A stretch of DNA of 64,000 nucleotides from positions 5,509-69,508 of the forward strand of contig JBGSQT010000014.1 in assembly GCA_041737965.1 (NCBI GenBank), in the 5' to 3' direction. The position numbers and the translations under genes were made by a program. This stretch comes from Spirochaetota bacterium (GTDB lineage Bacteria > Spirochaetota > UBA4802 > UBA5550). This document shows positions 26,498 through 34,622 of this stretch, piece by piece (the first letter of the stretch is position 1; each line of letters opens with the position of its first letter). A model generated the notes under the pieces. The model was not told the DNA's origin and ran no database searches. It saw only the letters and a list, made by a program, of their open reading frames with translations.

Positions 26498-27358
26498 ATG
26501 GCGGAAACCGGATTTGGGGACCTTCCCGGAGAGTACGGCTCCCAGGACGGCGCCGCGGTGGCGATCGTGCCCGTCCCCTATGACGGCACCAGCACCTGGA
26601 TGAAGGGGGCTGACCTGGGGCCTGAACGCATAATCGAGGCCTCGGCCCAGGTGGAGCTGTACGACATCGAGACCGACAGCGAGCCCTACAGGTCCGGCAT
26701 CTATACCGACGCGCCGGTGAAGGAATCCGCGTCTCCGGAATCGATGACCGCCGCGGTGGAGGAGCGGGTGGGGGCCCACCTCGACGCCGGCAGATTCACG
26801 GTGGTTCTGGGGGGGGAGCATTCGGTTTCCATCGGCGCGATCAGGGCGCACGCGAGCCGGTACCGCGGCCTGACCGTGCTCCAGCTTGACGCGCACGCCG
26901 ATCTGCGGGACGAATACCACGGCTCCCGGCACAATCACGCCTGCGTCATGGCCAGGGCCAGGGAGCTCTGCAGTGTCGTGCAGGTGGGGATTCGGAGCAT
27001 GGACGTCTCGGAGAAGGGGGCGGCGGCGGAGGGGCGCGTGTTCTACGCCCACGAGATCGCCGGGGAGCGGGACTGGATCGGCGACTCGGTCGCCGCGATG
27101 TCGGAACAGGTGTATGTCACCATCGATCTCGACGTATTCGACCCCTCGGTGATGCCCAGCACTGGCACGCCGGAACCGGGGGGCCTTTTCTGGTACGACG
27201 TGACGGCGCTCCTGGCCAGGGTGGCGCGGGAGCGGAGGATCGTCGGGTTTGACGTGGTGGAGCTCTGCCCGTCCGACGCCGGCAGGCACGCGGATTTTCT
27301 CGCCGCCAAGCTGGTGTACAAACTGCTGGCATACATATTTAAAGGGGGAAAAAGATGA
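26498..27358 (+). CDS. speB: Agmatinase (arginase/ureohydrolase family)
   Basis: The Mn-ligand motifs are GGEHSVS, LQLDAHADLRD and ITIDLDVFDPSVMPSTGTPEPGG. The ATG lies 1 nt after the pdaD stop, with GGAGG upstream. Confidence 0.9.
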   Translation: MAETGFGDLPGEYGSQDGAAVAIVPVPYDGTSTWMKGADLGPERIIEASAQVELYDIETDSEPYRSGIYTDAPVKESASPESMTAAVEERVGAHLDAGRFTVVLGGEHSVSIGAIRAHASRYRGLTVLQLDAHADLRDEYHGSRHNHACVMARARELCSVVQVGIRSMDVSEKGAAAEGRVFYAHEIAGERDWIGDSVAAMSEQVYVTIDLDVFDPSVMPSTGTPEPGGLFWYDVTALLARVARERRIVGFDVVELCPSDAGRHADFLAAKLVYKLLAYIFKGGKR

Positions 27359-28398
27359 AAACTCCGGACAAAAAAGGCCTCTTGAAAGAGAGCGTCACGC
27401 ATATAGACATTGCCGCCTTCGACGCCACGCCCATCATCAGCTCGATGAGGGGGATGTCCTTTTCGTCGCGCGATACGGCCCAGGCGGCGGACATTCTCCA
27501 GATGATGATGACCGACAAGGACTGCACCGTCGCGCTCACCCTGGCCGGGAGCACCAGCGCAGGGGGGTGCATGAAGCTGTACGCGGACATGATCAAGTAC
27601 AATATGGTCGATGTCGTGGTGGCCACCGGCGCGTCCATCGTGGATATGGATTTTTTCGAGGCCCTCGGATACAAGCATTACAAGGGGAGCCCCTGGGTTG
27701 ACGACAGGATGCTCCGGGGGCTCTACATCGACCGGATCTACGACACCTACATCGACGAGGAGGACCTCCAGGCCTGCGACAACACCGTAAAGATCATCGC
27801 CGACCGGCTCGCCCCGGGCCCTTATTCATCACGCGAGTTTATCCGTGAAATGGGGAAGTTCCTTAAAGAAGGCGGCGCAAAAAAGGATGAGTCCCTGGTC
27901 CAGCTGGCATACGAGCACGACGTGCCGGTGTTCTGCCCGGCCTTTTCGGATTCGAGCGCCGGTTTCGGCCTGGTGAAGCACCAGTGGGAACGGCCCGGCG
28001 CCCATGTGTCCATAGACTCGGTGAAGGATTTCCGCGAGCTGACGATGATCAAAATGAAGGCGGGCACCACCGGCCTTTTCATGGTGGGAGGCGGTGTGCC
28101 AAAGAACTTCATCCAGGACACGGTCGTGTGCGCCGAGGTGCTGGGGAAGGAGGTTCCCATGCATGCTTACGCGGTGCAGATCACCGTGGCCGACGTGCGG
28201 GACGGCGCCTGTTCAAGCTCCACGCTCAAGGAGGCCACCTCCTGGGGGAAAGTCGACACCGTTCACGAGCAGATGGTCTTCGCCGAGGCCACCACGGTGA
28301 TGCCGCTCATCGCCAGCTACGTGTACCACCGGGGCGACTGCCTTAAGCGGCCCAGAAGGGAGTGGGCGAAGATTTTCGGCGGAACTTCAGGGAAGTAG
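27355..28398 (+). CDS. Deoxyhypusine synthase-like protein (candidate homospermidine synthase)
   Basis: 347 aa. LTLAGSTSAGGCMKLYADMIKYNMVDVVVATGASIVDMD and MVGGGVPKNF match the DHS family. There is an ATGA overlap with the speB stop (27355-27358). Confidence 0.85.
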   Translation: MKTPDKKGLLKESVTHIDIAAFDATPIISSMRGMSFSSRDTAQAADILQMMMTDKDCTVALTLAGSTSAGGCMKLYADMIKYNMVDVVVATGASIVDMDFFEALGYKHYKGSPWVDDRMLRGLYIDRIYDTYIDEEDLQACDNTVKIIADRLAPGPYSSREFIREMGKFLKEGGAKKDESLVQLAYEHDVPVFCPAFSDSSAGFGLVKHQWERPGAHVSIDSVKDFRELTMIKMKAGTTGLFMVGGGVPKNFIQDTVVCAEVLGKEVPMHAYAVQITVADVRDGACSSSTLKEATSWGKVDTVHEQMVFAEATTVMPLIASYVYHRGDCLKRPRREWAKIFGGTSGK

Positions 28399-28405
28399 CG
28401 GGATT

Positions 28406-28579
28406 TCAGGGCGGGGCCCCGGGATCGCCCCCGCTGTTCCGATAAAAACACCAGGGGTCCCGGTCCTTCAGCGGATCGAGGCCCAGGCCCTGGACCACCG
28501 CCATGCATCCCCGGCACACCGGGTTGAGTTTGCAGCCGGGCCGCACCCGTACCCGGCACCACCTTTCTGACCGCTTCAC
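28406..28579 (-). CDS. Candidate 57-aa Cys-rich mini-ORF starting at a GTG that overlaps the preceding TGA
   Basis: The peptide is VKRSERWCRVRVRPGCKLNPVCRGCMAVVQGLGLDPLKDRDPWCFYRNSGGDPGAPP. Third codon positions are almost all G/C in my hand count, the highest of the three frames. There is a GTGA start/stop overlap at 28576-28579. It corresponds to the 3' part of track ORF 28406..28756. Confidence 0.3.
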   Translation of the reverse strand: MKRSERWCRVRVRPGCKLNPVCRGCMAVVQGLGLDPLKDRDPWCFYRNSGGDPGAPP

Positions 28580-28683
28580 CAGGATTCCCCACGGTCCTTG
28601 CAGGCCGTAAGCGAAAGGCCGCCGGCGATCAGCGCCGCGACGCTGAACCCGGCCAGTACTTTTTTGAGATCGCTCAAATCCAT
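28576..28683 (-). CDS. Candidate 35-aa membrane/lipoprotein-signal mini-ORF (MDLSDLKKVLAGFSVAALIAGGLSLTACKDRGESW)
   Basis: GGAGG (28690-28694) lies 6 nt upstream of the ATG at 28683. There is one hydrophobic helix ending in the lipobox-like LTAC. The ORF ends at TGA 28576-28578. It is not in the ORF track (under 60 aa). Confidence 0.35.
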   Translation of the reverse strand: MDLSDLKKVLAGFSVAALIAGGLSLTACKDRGESW

Positions 28684-28872
28684 ATACCGCCTCCGTTGTG
28701 GTTTTTTGCATAGGGAAGAATGGTGTTAAAGTATAGACAAACAGGGAACATGTCAAGCCCCCGAAGTGACATTCAGCCGCGGACTCAATCCGGTTGAGCC
28801 TGTGCGGGGAGCTTGCGGAAATTCAGCCGAAATGCCACTGTATTACAAAAATAGAGTAAGGCATTTAATGCA

Positions 28873-28901
28873 TTGACAGACACGGCAACGCATGGTATGA
28901 A
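28873..28901 (+). promoter_or_regulatory. Sigma70-like promoter of the MFS gene, with an overlapping short palindrome
   Basis: The pattern is TTGACA (28873-28878), a 17-nt spacer, then TATGAA (28896-28901). The ATG is at 28938. The palindrome GCATTTAATGC (28861-28871) abuts the -35 box. Confidence 0.45.
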
Positions 28902-28937
28902 CACGCACTCGCACAATTCCAATCCAAGAGGGTTTCC

Positions 28938-30155
28938 ATGAATAATAAAAACGGTATTTCTGTTTCCCCATACCGCTGGGTGATTCTCGTCCTGTTCATG
29001 CTCCCGGCGGTCGCGACGCAGATCCAGTGGATCACCTTCGCTCCCATCGCGCGCGACACGGCGGCGCTCTTTACTGGGGGCGATACGGATGCGGTGGACC
29101 TTTTCGCGATTGTGTTCATGCTGGTGTACATCCCGGTGTCCTTTCCCGCCTCCTGGTGCATCGACCGGTTCGGGCTGAAGTGGGGCACCGGCATCGGCGT
29201 CATCATTCTGGGGTTGTCCGGATTTTTGCGGATATTCGCACCTGATTATACATGGCTCATGGTGTTCCAGATAGGATGCGCCGTCGGACAGCCTTTTGTC
29301 CTCAATTCCTTCACCAAAGTGGCTGCCAACTGGTTTCCGGAGAAAGAGGAGGCGCTCGCCTCGGGCCTTGCCACGATGTCGCTTTTCCTGGGGCTCACCT
29401 TCGCCATGTTTGCCGGCGATTTTATAATGGCCCATTTCAAGCAGGCCGGGAACGAGGCCGGCGGCGTTTCAATGATACTGAACATTTACGGGATTTTTTC
29501 CCTTGCCGGCATGGTTCTCTACATTCTGTTCGTAAAGGACAAGCCTGCGTCGCCGCCGAACCCTCTCGCCGCGGAGCGGAAGGTGTCGATGCTTATCGGG
29601 ATACGGTCGCTTTTCAGGAACAGGGACTTTCTCTATCTCGCGGGGGCCTTTTTCATAGGTCTGGGGGCGTTTAACGCGATCTCTTCCAAAATCGACGCGA
29701 TATTCAACAGGCCCCTGGACATCGATCCCACGGTCGCGCCGGGCATAATCGGCGGTCTCATAATCGTGGGCGGGCTTTTCGGCGCGGTCGTTCTTTCGGC
29801 GCTGTCTGATAAATTCCGCAAAAGAAGGCTTTTTCTTGTGATCACCATGGCCGTGGCCATACCGCTGAGCCTGATGCTGCAGTACCTGTCGTCAATCGCC
29901 ATGCTCGGCGCTGCGGGTTTCGCCTTCGGCTTCTTTCTTGTGTCGGCGCTCCCGATCGGCCTCACCTACGCGGTGGAAAAGACGCACCCGGTGCCGGAAG
30001 CCACCTCAAACGGCATACTCATGCTGAGCGGGCAGGTGAGCGGCATTCTGATGGCACTTTTTTTCAACATGACGGTAATCACGGTGCTTTTCGGCGCTGG
30101 TCTTGTGTTCACGCTGCTCATGACCGAGATCAACGGGAGGAAGGGGGATTCTTGA
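28938..30155 (+). CDS. MFS transporter
   Basis: 405 aa with about 12 hydrophobic segments and a central loop, the typical MFS layout. Confidence 0.8.
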   Translation: MNNKNGISVSPYRWVILVLFMLPAVATQIQWITFAPIARDTAALFTGGDTDAVDLFAIVFMLVYIPVSFPASWCIDRFGLKWGTGIGVIILGLSGFLRIFAPDYTWLMVFQIGCAVGQPFVLNSFTKVAANWFPEKEEALASGLATMSLFLGLTFAMFAGDFIMAHFKQAGNEAGGVSMILNIYGIFSLAGMVLYILFVKDKPASPPNPLAAERKVSMLIGIRSLFRNRDFLYLAGAFFIGLGAFNAISSKIDAIFNRPLDIDPTVAPGIIGGLIIVGGLFGAVVLSALSDKFRKRRLFLVITMAVAIPLSLMLQYLSSIAMLGAAGFAFGFFLVSALPIGLTYAVEKTHPVPEATSNGILMLSGQVSGILMALFFNMTVITVLFGAGLVFTLLMTEINGRKGDS

Positions 30156-30231
30156 GGTGTTCCGGGCATGAAAAAAGAGGCCGTTCTTTCGGAACGGCCT
30201 CTCCATCGCGTGCGGGATTCCGTGAATATGT

Positions 30232-31473
30232 TTAGAACCTGTACGCCAGGCCGAGGTCTATTGAATACTGCGACATGGACGTGCGATATGACCCGACCCC
30301 CTGGCCCATCGGTGGCGGCAGAAAGTTGGAACCGGTAATGCTCGCCTTGGGCGAGTACATGGTGCCGACATTCAGCGTGAATTTCTCGTTGAAATGGATG
30401 CCGAACCCGAGGGTTATGTGGTGTTCCGACACCGCGGGAAACGCGATGTTCTCGAAGGCCCTGTTCTCGTCCAGGGGCATCTTGCCGTAATTGTAGCCGG
30501 CCCTCACATCGACCGGGCCGAGCGCGTACTGGACGCCGAACTTGTACACGAACTGGTCTGTCCAGTTCAGGTTCCAGGGGAGCGCGAAACTGCGGTTCTG
30601 AACATACGAAGGCTTGTTCTTTCCGTTTGTCTCAGCCCAGTGTATCCACTGCACGTCGAAACCGAGCACCAGGCCCTCGAGCGGGGTGAAGCCGAAGCCG
30701 ATGGTCGCCGACTGGGGCTGGTCGAAATCGATCCTGTCGGTGCCGACCCTGGTATTGAACACGAAATCCTGGAACCAGCTTCTGGTCTCATACGAGAGCC
30801 CCACGCTCATCCAGGTCACCGGTTTTATCATGACGCCGAGCGTGGCGCCGACGCCCATGGCCGCCGCGCCGAGATGCGCCTGCTGGGGGAAGTTTGCGGC
30901 CGGTACTATCGCCGGCGGCCCCGCGTTGAATTCCATCGTTGCGTACATGACGTTCAGCGTGACGCCGATGGATATCATTTCGTTAATTTTATAGGACACG
31001 CCGGGCGCAAACCTCATCTGGGAATACGCCGAGGAGACCTGGTTTCCGTACAGGTTGACCTTGTAATCGACGCCCATACCCGCGATCCCGTACGCGCCGA
31101 TGCCGAAATGCAGGTCATCACTGATAGGAATTATCACTCCCAGGGCCGGTATCGGAGAGGCGCCGCGGTCGGAGTGATACACCGAGCTGTTGGGAACGAT
31201 CATTCCGCCGAATCCGGGGGTCTCCACCGCCCTGTATTCGACAGCGGGTGAAAAGTACGATGCGCCGAAGTCCACCCTTCCATTCAGTCCGCTCATCCCG
31301 GCGGGGTTTGTGAGCATTGAGGCCGCGTCCAGCGCGACTCCGACGCTCGCTCCTCCCATGGAGCGCTGTACCGGACCGAAACCGATCATCCTCATTCCGT
31401 TCGTCGCGAATAACGGTGCCGATAACATCGTACCCGCGACCAGAGCAATTGCATAACGAGCCATTCGTTTCAT
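30232..31473 (-). CDS. FadL/OmpP1/TodX-family outer-membrane hydrophobic-compound transporter
   Basis: A signal peptide is followed by GFGPVQRSMGGASVGVALDAASMLTNPAGMSGL, the FadL N-terminal hatch motif. The rest is beta-strand rich and ends in ...GLAYRF. Confidence 0.8.
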   Translation of the reverse strand: MKRMARYAIALVAGTMLSAPLFATNGMRMIGFGPVQRSMGGASVGVALDAASMLTNPAGMSGLNGRVDFGASYFSPAVEYRAVETPGFGGMIVPNSSVYHSDRGASPIPALGVIIPISDDLHFGIGAYGIAGMGVDYKVNLYGNQVSSAYSQMRFAPGVSYKINEMISIGVTLNVMYATMEFNAGPPAIVPAANFPQQAHLGAAAMGVGATLGVMIKPVTWMSVGLSYETRSWFQDFVFNTRVGTDRIDFDQPQSATIGFGFTPLEGLVLGFDVQWIHWAETNGKNKPSYVQNRSFALPWNLNWTDQFVYKFGVQYALGPVDVRAGYNYGKMPLDENRAFENIAFPAVSEHHITLGFGIHFNEKFTLNVGTMYSPKASITGSNFLPPPMGQGVGSYRTSMSQYSIDLGLAYRF

Positions 31474-31787
31474 GAGTCCTCCTTGAAAGTCAGTTTCTGT
31501 ATTGTATCGCCCGCCGGTGTTTATTACGGCCGGTATGGCGACTTAATCCAATTATAAGTATAAAATTGTGAGAGGGCAAAAATAAGGCATTCCCTTCATT
31601 GGTCCTGTTATTTAATTATGGTATTCATTGGGGCAATTAGAATAAAAGAATATTAAAATTGTAAATAATAATATAATTATAAAATAAATAAAAACTAATA
31701 ATATAAAATACCAAAATACTTAAATTGCTGTCAACATTTTTTTTCACTATTTTGATATTTCAGAACGGAATTCGGGCAGTCAAAGGA

Positions 31788-32345
31788 TCAGCGTTTTTTG
31801 ACCATGGTGTACCAGTGGGGGGTATGGAGGCTTCTCCGGCTGATATAGCCGGCCCGCATGGGCCGCACGTCCTCGACCGTGACGAAGGCCATCGGCTCCA
31901 GGATGTTTACAATCTCGAGCACCGTCGGGATGTCGCCTTTGGGAACTATCGTGTGTATGATAAAGACGTCCCCTTTCATACCCTTGCCGTCGACGGTGGT
32001 GACGCCGAATCCGTGCTCGCGGAGCTGCAGGGGGAGGGCGGTGACCATTTTGCTGGTGATGATTTGCACGTATTTGTAGCCAAGGGGGATCTTGGCCTCG
32101 AGCAGCATGCCAACAAAATTCCCGGTGGCGAAACCGGCGGCGTAAATCAGGTAGCTGTACACGCTGTCAAGGTGCTGCAGCGCCTTGGTGATCGCGGTGA
32201 GCCAGATCAGCACCTCGACGAAGCCGAAGAGGGGCGCGATGTACCGGTATCCTTTTGATATGAGGATGATCCGTATGGTTCCGATTGATACGTCGAAAAT
32301 TCTCGCGAAAAAGATGTAAAGCATTGTGACGATTTCAGGTGTCAT
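31788..32345 (-). CDS. UPF0316/DUF2179-domain membrane protein
   Basis: Three N-terminal TM segments are followed by the C-terminal DUF2179-like region GFGVTTVDGKGMKGDVFIIHTIVPK...FVTVEDV. Confidence 0.75.
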   Translation of the reverse strand: MTPEIVTMLYIFFARIFDVSIGTIRIILISKGYRYIAPLFGFVEVLIWLTAITKALQHLDSVYSYLIYAAGFATGNFVGMLLEAKIPLGYKYVQIITSKMVTALPLQLREHGFGVTTVDGKGMKGDVFIIHTIVPKGDIPTVLEIVNILEPMAFVTVEDVRPMRAGYISRRSLHTPHWYTMVKKR

Positions 32346-32449
32346 TACGGTCCGCCGTCGGTTCGTTGCCCTTTTTCCGGGGACAGTAGCACCGGGTGCC
32401 CGGATAAATCAATTATTTTTTCCACCATGGGGCAGGCCGCAATCCAGGT

Positions 32450-33583
32450 TCAGCGAGCGGGCTGACCGTCTCCGGCCCTGGCGGCGATCATCGCCGCGAT
32501 CTTCGATGGGGCAAGCCTGAGTGCGAGCCTTTTAAAGCCGCCGGCCGGTTTCCGGTATCTCCCGTTTTCGGCCATGCTCACCGCACCCGCGGGGCACGCG
32601 GTAACGCAATGGCCGCAGCCGACACAGCGTGCCGGATCGTAACTGTGCCGGCCGCCCTCCATCCGGTGCGCCCTCAGGTTGCACGCCGGCACGCACCTGC
32701 CGCATCCGGTGCAGCGGTCCTCGTCCGTCCCGGCGAGATATTTCGGCTGGGTGACGATAAGCCCCGGATCGAAATGGATGATCTGCCCCAGCATGTGGCA
32801 GCAGCAGTCGCAGCAGGTGCATATCTGGTTTGTGCTTTCCGCCGCCACATTGCCGGCGAAAAAGACAAGCTTGCGGTCGATGCGGTCCCGGACGATGGAC
32901 CTCATGGAATCCCTGTCAACCTGCCTGGCCCCGCCGCGCTCGATGTAGAGCCGCGCGAAACCGCCGAAGGCGATACAGCCGTCGGCGCGGTCGGCTCGTT
33001 TGCACGACTGTCCCTCCAGATGGCGGGCCTGGCGGCACTGGCAGTTGTGAAGCACCGCGATGGTATCGTGCGCCCGGATCATCCTTTCGACGCGGTCCGG
33101 ATCGACTGGCCCGCTCCCCGGTCCGAGCTCCCTGTCCAGCGGAATGCTGCGGACGACCCTGGTGGGCCGCGCCAGAAAACGGCGCACGTACCCCGTCTCG
33201 TACAGGCGGTTGGCGATACGGGCGAACTCCCGGTGCCAGGGAGTTTCGTGCCCGTCCATGAGGACATTTTCGAACATTCCCGGAAGTATCGGCAGCAGCG
33301 CGTACCCCCTGCCCCGACCGCGGATTACGCCCCTCCCGGTCATCGCCTCTAAAAGCGGTCTGATCTCATCGGGCCGTTTCCCGGCGGCGCGGGCTATCTT
33401 CTCTATGCCGTGGACCTTGTAGAAAAAGGGGAGATGCATCGCAAGCGCCGCCTCTTCAGGCGAGAAGCAGTGTATGAGCAGTTCCCTCAGGAGCGGCTCC
33501 CCGCTTTCGGGCCCGATCATCGCCTCGGCGGAAAAATGCGCGGCCAGGTGATCGTAGATGCGGTCGTCGGTATTCATGGTCAA
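32450..33583 (-). CDS. 4Fe-4S dicluster (ferredoxin-type) domain protein with additional Cys clusters
   Basis: The C-terminal region reads CTGCGRCVPACN...CVGCGHCVTACPAGA (2x CxxCxxCxxxC[NP]). Upstream Cys-rich segments NCQCRQ and CTCCDCCCH are present. Confidence 0.7.
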   Translation of the reverse strand: MTMNTDDRIYDHLAAHFSAEAMIGPESGEPLLRELLIHCFSPEEAALAMHLPFFYKVHGIEKIARAAGKRPDEIRPLLEAMTGRGVIRGRGRGYALLPILPGMFENVLMDGHETPWHREFARIANRLYETGYVRRFLARPTRVVRSIPLDRELGPGSGPVDPDRVERMIRAHDTIAVLHNCQCRQARHLEGQSCKRADRADGCIAFGGFARLYIERGGARQVDRDSMRSIVRDRIDRKLVFFAGNVAAESTNQICTCCDCCCHMLGQIIHFDPGLIVTQPKYLAGTDEDRCTGCGRCVPACNLRAHRMEGGRHSYDPARCVGCGHCVTACPAGAVSMAENGRYRKPAGGFKRLALRLAPSKIAAMIAARAGDGQPAR

Positions 33584-33706
33584 ACCTCGGAATGCCTGGA
33601 ATTCGCGATGCGGGGCATCAGAAGACTGGAAAAAAATCTTGCAAAACGCTGATCTTCGGGAAGGATGAGCACGGAATCGGTAAAAGTCAACGAAAATAAG
33701 GTTATC

Positions 33707-34570
33707 ATGAAAATTGTCCTCATGACCACGCTTATGTTCACGGCAGTGGCGTCAGCCGCCCTCTCGCAGACGCGGGATACGCCGGTGACCGGAATTTCCG
33801 CCTTCCATGTCCCCGCGGGAGATGAAACCGTGTCCGGGACGGTCGCCGTGGACCTGTATGAGCCGCCGAAGGGCACGAAAATATCGGGCGATATGCTGGT
33901 GCTGCCGGGATGGAAATTTTCACGGACCAGGTGGTACAGGGAGACCGACCTGCTGGACTGGTGCGGGAAAATGGGGATACGCGCCGCGTTTCCCGAGATG
34001 ACCGTGACCTGTTACGAATCACGGTACTTCCCCGAGACCCGGATGAAGTGGGCAGGGACTCCCGGCGGGGAATGGATCCGCTCCATCCTTATCCCCTACA
34101 TGAACCGAAAGTACGGAATGTTCGAGAAAGGGGCGCGTAATTATCTCCTGGGGCTTTCCACAGGAGGCAGGGGCGTGCTTCTGGTGGCGCTGCGGAATCC
34201 GGGGATTTTTTCCGCCTGCGCGACCCTTTCCGGAGACTGTGATCAGTCGCGTATGCCCGGGGACAGGCTCATGACGGCGATTTACGGGCCCTATGAACAG
34301 CACCGGCTCCGGTGGAAGAATGTCGATAATCCCATTGCGTCGATACTGAAGGGCGAATGGGTCGCGCCGATCTATATAGGACACGGCAAAAGCGACGGGG
34401 TATCGCCCTATTCACAGAGCCGGCTTCTTTATGAGACGATTTCAAACCGGCCGGAAAAAATCAAGGCGGTGTTCAGCGATCCTGCGGGGGGAGGGCACGA
34501 TTTCAACTACTGGCGGAGCGAAGTCCCGGCGATAATGAAATTTTTCGACCGGTTCGGCGCGGCGGAATGA
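33707..34570 (+). CDS. Secreted esterase (esterase D/putative-esterase family alpha/beta hydrolase)
   Basis: The signal peptide is MKIVLMTTLMFTAVASAALSQ, the nucleophile elbow is LLGLSTGGRG and a late GGGHDF is present. The start was moved to the ATG at 33707. Confidence 0.7.
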   Translation: MKIVLMTTLMFTAVASAALSQTRDTPVTGISAFHVPAGDETVSGTVAVDLYEPPKGTKISGDMLVLPGWKFSRTRWYRETDLLDWCGKMGIRAAFPEMTVTCYESRYFPETRMKWAGTPGGEWIRSILIPYMNRKYGMFEKGARNYLLGLSTGGRGVLLVALRNPGIFSACATLSGDCDQSRMPGDRLMTAIYGPYEQHRLRWKNVDNPIASILKGEWVAPIYIGHGKSDGVSPYSQSRLLYETISNRPEKIKAVFSDPAGGGHDFNYWRSEVPAIMKFFDRFGAAE

Positions 34571-34622
34571 AAACAGGAACGAGCGGCAGTGTCTGCCGCC
34601 GGAAATGTTCTCTCAAGGCCGC

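Noticed and set aside
28468-28578. Selenocysteine read-through of the TGA at 28576-28578 as the primary interpretation of the mini-ORF.
   Set aside because: This reading is kept only as an alternative. The read-through frame has lower third-position G/C than the -1 frame. The downstream hairpin does not obviously match the bacterial SECIS loop. No selenoprotein-related or radical-SAM maturase gene is adjacent.
28650-28665. Programmed -1 frameshift at the A6 run (CTC AAA AAA GTA) in the mini-ORF.
   Set aside because: The A-run is not in the X XXY YYZ register for the zero frame. Shifting there would produce a hydrophilic RG-rich peptide rather than joining the well-coded Cys-rich segment sensibly.
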